The translations under genes and the position numbers were made by a program. Of a stretch of 55,780 nt of DNA, positions 51,601 to 55,780 are shown in pieces. The stretch is taken from NCBI GenBank assembly GCA_000934665.2, contig JYFJ02002511.1:1-55780 (forward strand), read 5' to 3'. The number at the start of each line of letters is the position of its first letter. The first letter of the stretch is position 1. This stretch comes from Catajapyx aquilonaris (lineage: Eukaryota). The notes under the pieces were generated by a model that saw only the letters and a list, made by a program, of their open reading frames with translations, made no database searches and was not told the DNA's origin.

Positions 51601-52102
51601 TGCATCACCTGGAAGTCTTCCTAGACAGGAGGCAGCTGGCACTGAATGAGTCGGGAGGAACCAGGCTCATGATTGGGATCGTCACAGGCAGGGGCATGCA
51701 CAGCAGGGGAGGGAGGCCCAAAGTCAAGCCAGCCGTTAAGAAGTTCCTATTTGAGAAGGGAATCAGGTGAGAATTCTTTTTCCTTTTGTTGAACCACTGC
51801 TTTTTTGTAAGGTGTATATGGAAGGTATTAATTTTCATTCAAAATGTGATTTTCCACACTTTATTAATTGCAATGGCATACATGATCAGTTGTGGAAATT
51901 ATTGTGACAGGCTGCTATTAACATTTGACTTAGCCTTCCAGTAGGATTGTCCATGCCAAGCAAGTCCTGTAATTATTTTAAAAACTGCAGATATTGGGAG
52001 AAGAATGGAGGCATGCTGGTAGCTGAATTGCGACCGAGAACGCAACCCACAGATCCACTGTCACCCAGGCGCCCCATTATTCTGCAACCACGGCCATCTT
52101 AG
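48683..52102 (+). CDS. N4BP2: NEDD4-binding protein 2-like: CUE + P-loop kinase + CUE/UBA + Smr nuclease, ~957 aa
   Basis: Exons 48683-48800, 49123-51766, 51991-52102(TAG); in-frame TAA at 48644 precedes the ATG. N-terminal CUE-like LHEMFG..NYNIEEAVEKL; Walker A GCPGSGKST, STDDYW, AHKWNQ, VDNTNIQAWE, NKHGVP; CUE-like LASMFPG and LLERFSGLD; Smr VDLHFL..A..HL, IVTGRGMHSRGGRPKVKPAV, NGGMLVAEL. Confidence 0.92.
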
Positions 52103-52273
52103 TTCTGCAGGAAAACACAAGTGGAATTTTTTTTTGTACCCGAGATACACGTGTTCACTACAAGTAACTCCTCTGTTGCACTCGAGTGAAACTTTTTATT
52201 CATATCAAAATTGCCCAAGTGATGCTGGAACAGGAAACGTACACTCAGTGAAACATTATGGCAGAGAGCGAGA

Positions 52274-54663
<2,390 letters not shown>

Positions 54664-55498
54664 TGTGGGCACGTAGGATGCAGTGCCTGTTCTTTTAAAC
54701 GCTCAGCAGCTGCAAGAAACAAACATGTAGATCATACAGGGTTCACTTCTAACCCAGGATGTGCTTGGAAGCCTTGCCCCCCCTTCCTTGCATTGAATAT
54801 GACGCCCTTCCTTTGGCCACCCCACTCAAACATTACCCCACATCTAGGGGGTGGGCACTTGCAGATTTCAAAGGGTGCTTTTGTGGCAACGGACCCCATC
54901 AGAATTTACCTTCGAGAGGAGTGGAACACTGACCGACTGGCACAAAGGAACCTGAGGAAATCGCCAACCGGACGAAACCAGGCAGTGCACAGAATCCAAC
55001 ATGGCCGACCTTGGCCTGCAAGTCGCTGCTACTTCCCAATCACCTGCGCATCGGCAACTAGACCGGATGCTGAGACTCACAGACGTCCTTACCAGTCCGT
55101 ACCAGTCCGTACTGTGCCGCCACCACGGCCGTCACTTTGCCCAGGCATCTAAACCGATCTTTCCGACCCCCAATAATATGCTTGGCCATCCCTAATAACA
55201 TGGTAGCTGTTCTTGGAAGGAGTGGCAACAGCTACGTGTTGTTTGAGACGTTGCCACATTCTGGGCCTTTGGGGGAGGACCGGGAGGACAACTTACGGAG
55301 TACGGAGAATGAAGGCCAGGCCGGTCGATAAGGAGAAAATGCATTTCCTGTCCTTTCACATAACTTATCGAGTTACACGGCGGCGTGGCAGCTGACACTT
55401 CACACCGTTTTGCCTTATCTGAGGGAGTGACGGCTATTTCCTGCTGGACATGCACCGGTACAGTACAGTACTAACAATGATGACGACAGCAACCGCTA

Positions 55499-55535
55499 TA
55501 ATAATAATAATAAATAAATAAATAATAATAATAAT
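55499..55535. repeat. (AAT)n/(AAAT)n microsatellite just downstream of the 5S gene
   Basis: taataataataataaataaataaataataataataat seen directly. Confidence 0.85.
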
Positions 55536-55549
55536 GGGCCGATTGCAAT

Positions 55550-55554
55550 AAAAA
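55550..55554 (-). terminator. Pol III terminator (T5) of the 5S gene
   Basis: TTTTT on the minus strand 2 nt after the predicted 5S 3' end. Confidence 0.7.
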
Positions 55555-55556
55555 TG

Positions 55557-55676
55557 ATGCCAATTGCACCCGGCATTCCTAGGCGGTCACCCATCCAAGT
55601 ACTACCCGGGCCCGACGTTGCTTAACTTCGGGGATCGGACGAGAACCGGTGCTTTCAACGTGGTATGGCCCTTGGC
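55557..55676 (-). rRNA. 5S rRNA: 5S rRNA gene (variant copy or recent pseudogene)
   Basis: Minus strand GCCAAGGGCCATACCACGTTGAAAGCACCGGTTCTCGTCCGATCCCCGAAGTTAAGCAACGTCGGGCCCGGGTAGTACTTGGATGGGTGACCGCCTAGGAATGCCGGGTGCAATTGGCAT; 120 nt, intact box A (AGTTAAGC) and box C (TTGGATGGG), followed by T5. Confidence 0.93.
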
Positions 55677-55780
55677 GAGAGGATGAGTGGATTGTGGGGG
55701 TACTTGGATCGAGTATGTGGCTATGTGCGGGTATGGTGAGTACACTGCACAGCACAGTACACTAATCTTATCACAGCCTC

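Overview
Gene-dense eukaryotic nuclear DNA from an invertebrate animal, most likely an arthropod (golden goal orthologue, EF-hand nicotinamidase, arthropod-type 5S rRNA; many 50-70 nt GT-AG introns). Ten spliced protein-coding genes were assembled by hand with phase-consistent exons: a 5'-incomplete DUF4211 (QSER1/PRR12-like) gene (+), Caprin (+), medium-chain acyl-CoA synthetase (-), EF-hand nicotinamidase (+), golden goal/THSD1-like receptor (-), cathepsin D-like aspartic protease (+), FRG1 (+), DCN1-like DCUN1D4/5 (-), N4BP2/Smr nuclease (+) and ZCCHC10 (-). A solitary, somewhat variant 5S rRNA gene (-) ends the window. Introns and spacers carry a complete tRNA-headed V-domain-like SINE with an 18-bp target-site duplication and many small inverted-repeat elements (Tc1/mariner, pogo, piggyBac, Harbinger-like and hAT-like MITEs). 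No prokaryotic-type novel system is evident. The best leads are an ATF4-like uORF/alternative-donor architecture in the N4BP2 leader, Pol II CTD-like heptads appended to ZCCHC10, a short dispersed AP-1-containing motif present three times, a MITE carrying CRE/GC-box/NRF1-like sites upstream of gogo, and lineage-specific changes in Caprin, cathepsin D and DCN1. Gene models and family assignments come from manual translation and recalled motifs, not from database searches.
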